The position numbers and the translations under genes were made by a program. Below, piece by piece: positions 62,010-64,000 of a DNA stretch of 64,000 nt. Every line of letters begins with the position of its first letter. Position 1 is the first letter of the stretch. Source of the DNA: Callorhinchus milii (taxonomy: Eukaryota); assembly GCF_018977255.1 (NCBI RefSeq), contig NW_024704742.1, positions 81,656,001 to 81,720,000 of the forward strand, read 5' to 3'. The notes beneath the pieces are model-generated. The model had not been told where the DNA came from. It did no database searches and worked only from the letters and a program-made list of their open reading frames with translations.

Positions 62010-62580
62010 CACTGAATCAGACTTTGTGTTTTGAAGCCCCATATTGGGACTTTGAGCTTACAGTGACGCTGACATACCAATACAGTGTGCTGAGTGATTC
62101 GAAGTGCCCCCTTTTAACATCAGCCTGAACAGGCCGACGAGGACTTCAGTTTAATGTTAAACTGAAATTGGTCACATGCTTCATGGCCATTTGTGGGAGA
62201 CTGCTGTGTGCAAAATTGACTTCCGCATTTTCCTACGAAATGCACAGTCAGTACATTTTTACAGTACGGCAAGTCCTGTGAAGCACTTCACCTTGCTCCC
62301 TCCCTTGCTTCCTTCAAGGCATATCTCAAGACACTCCACTTTGACGGTGCCTTTGATCACCCTCCTATCCTTCTTGCCCTCCACCCCTGCTGCTCCCAAC
62401 CACCAGCTCAGGTCTAAATGCCTGACTGTTCAGTGCCTTGGGATGTCCTCCCGATGTGAAACATGCTATACAAATGTAATTTATTATTGTTGTTAAAACT
62501 GGTTTCAGCCTGAATCTTAGACTTCCCCGACATGAAATGCTCTATATCAAATGTAGAGTATTATTATAATTGTTATTATT
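62010..62580 (+). mobile_element. Deu SINE split by an L2 3' end (~62286-62494)
   Basis: SINE body ends at gtgaagcactt; L2 FKAYLKT and tail follow; SINE-type tail at ~62515-62580. Confidence 0.75.
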
Positions 62581-63539
62581 GTTGATGCTGTGTAAGAAGA
62601 GGTGGGAAATTAGCACAATAAAGTGAAAAACAAGTTAAATGAAATACCAGTGTGGCAGACAAGCCCAACAATTGAAGTAGGATTGAATAACTTGCATGCA
62701 CATAATTGTGGTAGAACATAGCAATGTCTCTTCTTCAAAGAATCTTTATTTTGACAGTAGCAGCTTAGAACAGCAGTGACATGACAGTGCTGCTGGTGGG
62801 TGAACAGCAGGAGAGAGTTCAGTGTATGCAAGCTGTCCTTGCCATATTTCCATCAACTATGATAAGGTGACTCACCCAGTTTAACAATGTAGCATTCTCA
62901 ACATAGCAAACGCCCTGCCCTGTCAGAAATAAGGTCTGGTACCAGGCCATTTCAAATGGGATTCCTTAATAATGAAAAGGGGATGCTGACTCACAGGAAT
63001 GCTATTCTGACAAAATCTACTTTGAAGCAGAGGTCCCACACTACAGTGTACTGTGTCAGTCATAAATCTGGTTAATGGAAAGAGTCCCCACTTGGTTTCC
63101 CTTTTGAGGAATCCTGTTAAAAATCAATACCAATTAGATCCTATTCTTGTAAAAGACCTAGAGAAAGCTGGGCCCAAGAGAATGTGGACAATTGGCCCGT
63201 TTGATGATAATGCAGCTCATGGGGGTGTGAGGTAGGGAGCTTACAGATGTGTTTATGGAATGGGAATTACTCTCTGTGAGAGAGTAATTGCATGATAATT
63301 GCATGTGAATGATTAAATAATGATAAATAATAATAACAATAACGATCCTTACATTTGATGTTGCAGCTCTTTTAATCCACTTTTTTGCCTCTCTCCTTTA
63401 TGTCTCTATTACCCAAATATCTGTTTATCTGCTACTACCAGCATTCTATCAGTGTAGCTCAAGCCAAACACAGCACACTGTCGAGCAGCTCAATATTCTC
63501 AGGTTCCACCCATCACCAATCATCTCCCCTGCCATTTTC

Positions 63540-63965
63540 ACTGTGGCCTAGAGAAGGGAGTATTTCCTTGCCAACAATTCCCAGGATAAAATTGGTCATT
63601 CATGTCATGACTGTTTGCCGCATTTACACATTCATCAGATTTTAGAGTGAATCCTCTGAAGCACTTTAAGACATCTTGATGATGTGATAAGGCAGTATAT
63701 AAAATGCAAGGATTATTATTTGAATGATTTTTACATTTCATTTTGATTTGTATTTGATATTTTTGCATTTGATATGCATGGATTATTATTTTAAAATAAT
63801 ATCTTTAAAATAATAATCATTGCATTTGATACAACGCCTTATAACAATGTTGAAATGTCTCTAAGCGCTTCTCAGGATTTATTGTACTATAAAGTGATTG
63901 TGTAATTTGAAGGCAAACTCCGTAGAAAATTTGTGACAGACAGCCATGAAATGAATGAACAATTT
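63540..63965. mobile_element. Two SINE 3' parts tail-to-tail (+ 63540-63720; - ~63805-63965)
   Basis: Opposed tails; 15-bp inverted repeat at 63781-63818. Confidence 0.8.
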
Positions 63966-64000
63966 TACTTGATAAAATTATCAGATTTTTTATCTGGTAA

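Overview
AT-rich vertebrate genomic DNA, most likely from a cartilaginous fish. The repeat set resembles holocephalan/elephant-shark SINEs and LINEs; this is an inference from repeat style, not a database match. I see no recognisable protein-coding gene, rRNA, intact tRNA or CRISPR array. The longer ORFs in the track come from retroelements or look like noise. A large part of the window is retroposon sequence: (A) a tRNA-Ala-headed SINE in long/old and short/young forms; (B) an older Deu-domain SINE; 5'-truncated L2 and CR1 LINE fragments, often nested inside each other; and (C) an unclassified family of six copies, up to ~0.5 kb, with a 3' hairpin and A-tail. There are probable fossil piggyBac and hAT transposase remnants, an old ~390-bp tandem duplication, several hairpins, and repeat-free islands with clustered transcription-factor motifs, consistent with a large intron or gene desert. 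I could not support a new biological system. The best leads are the stepwise SINE-A tail change to match the L2 3' stem-loop, a putative tRNA-less bipartite CR1-dependent element (10229-10659), family C, a pre-miRNA-sized hairpin (37005-37067) and a possible chain of minus-strand non-coding exons. All boundaries were read by eye and are approximate (tens of bp for old elements).
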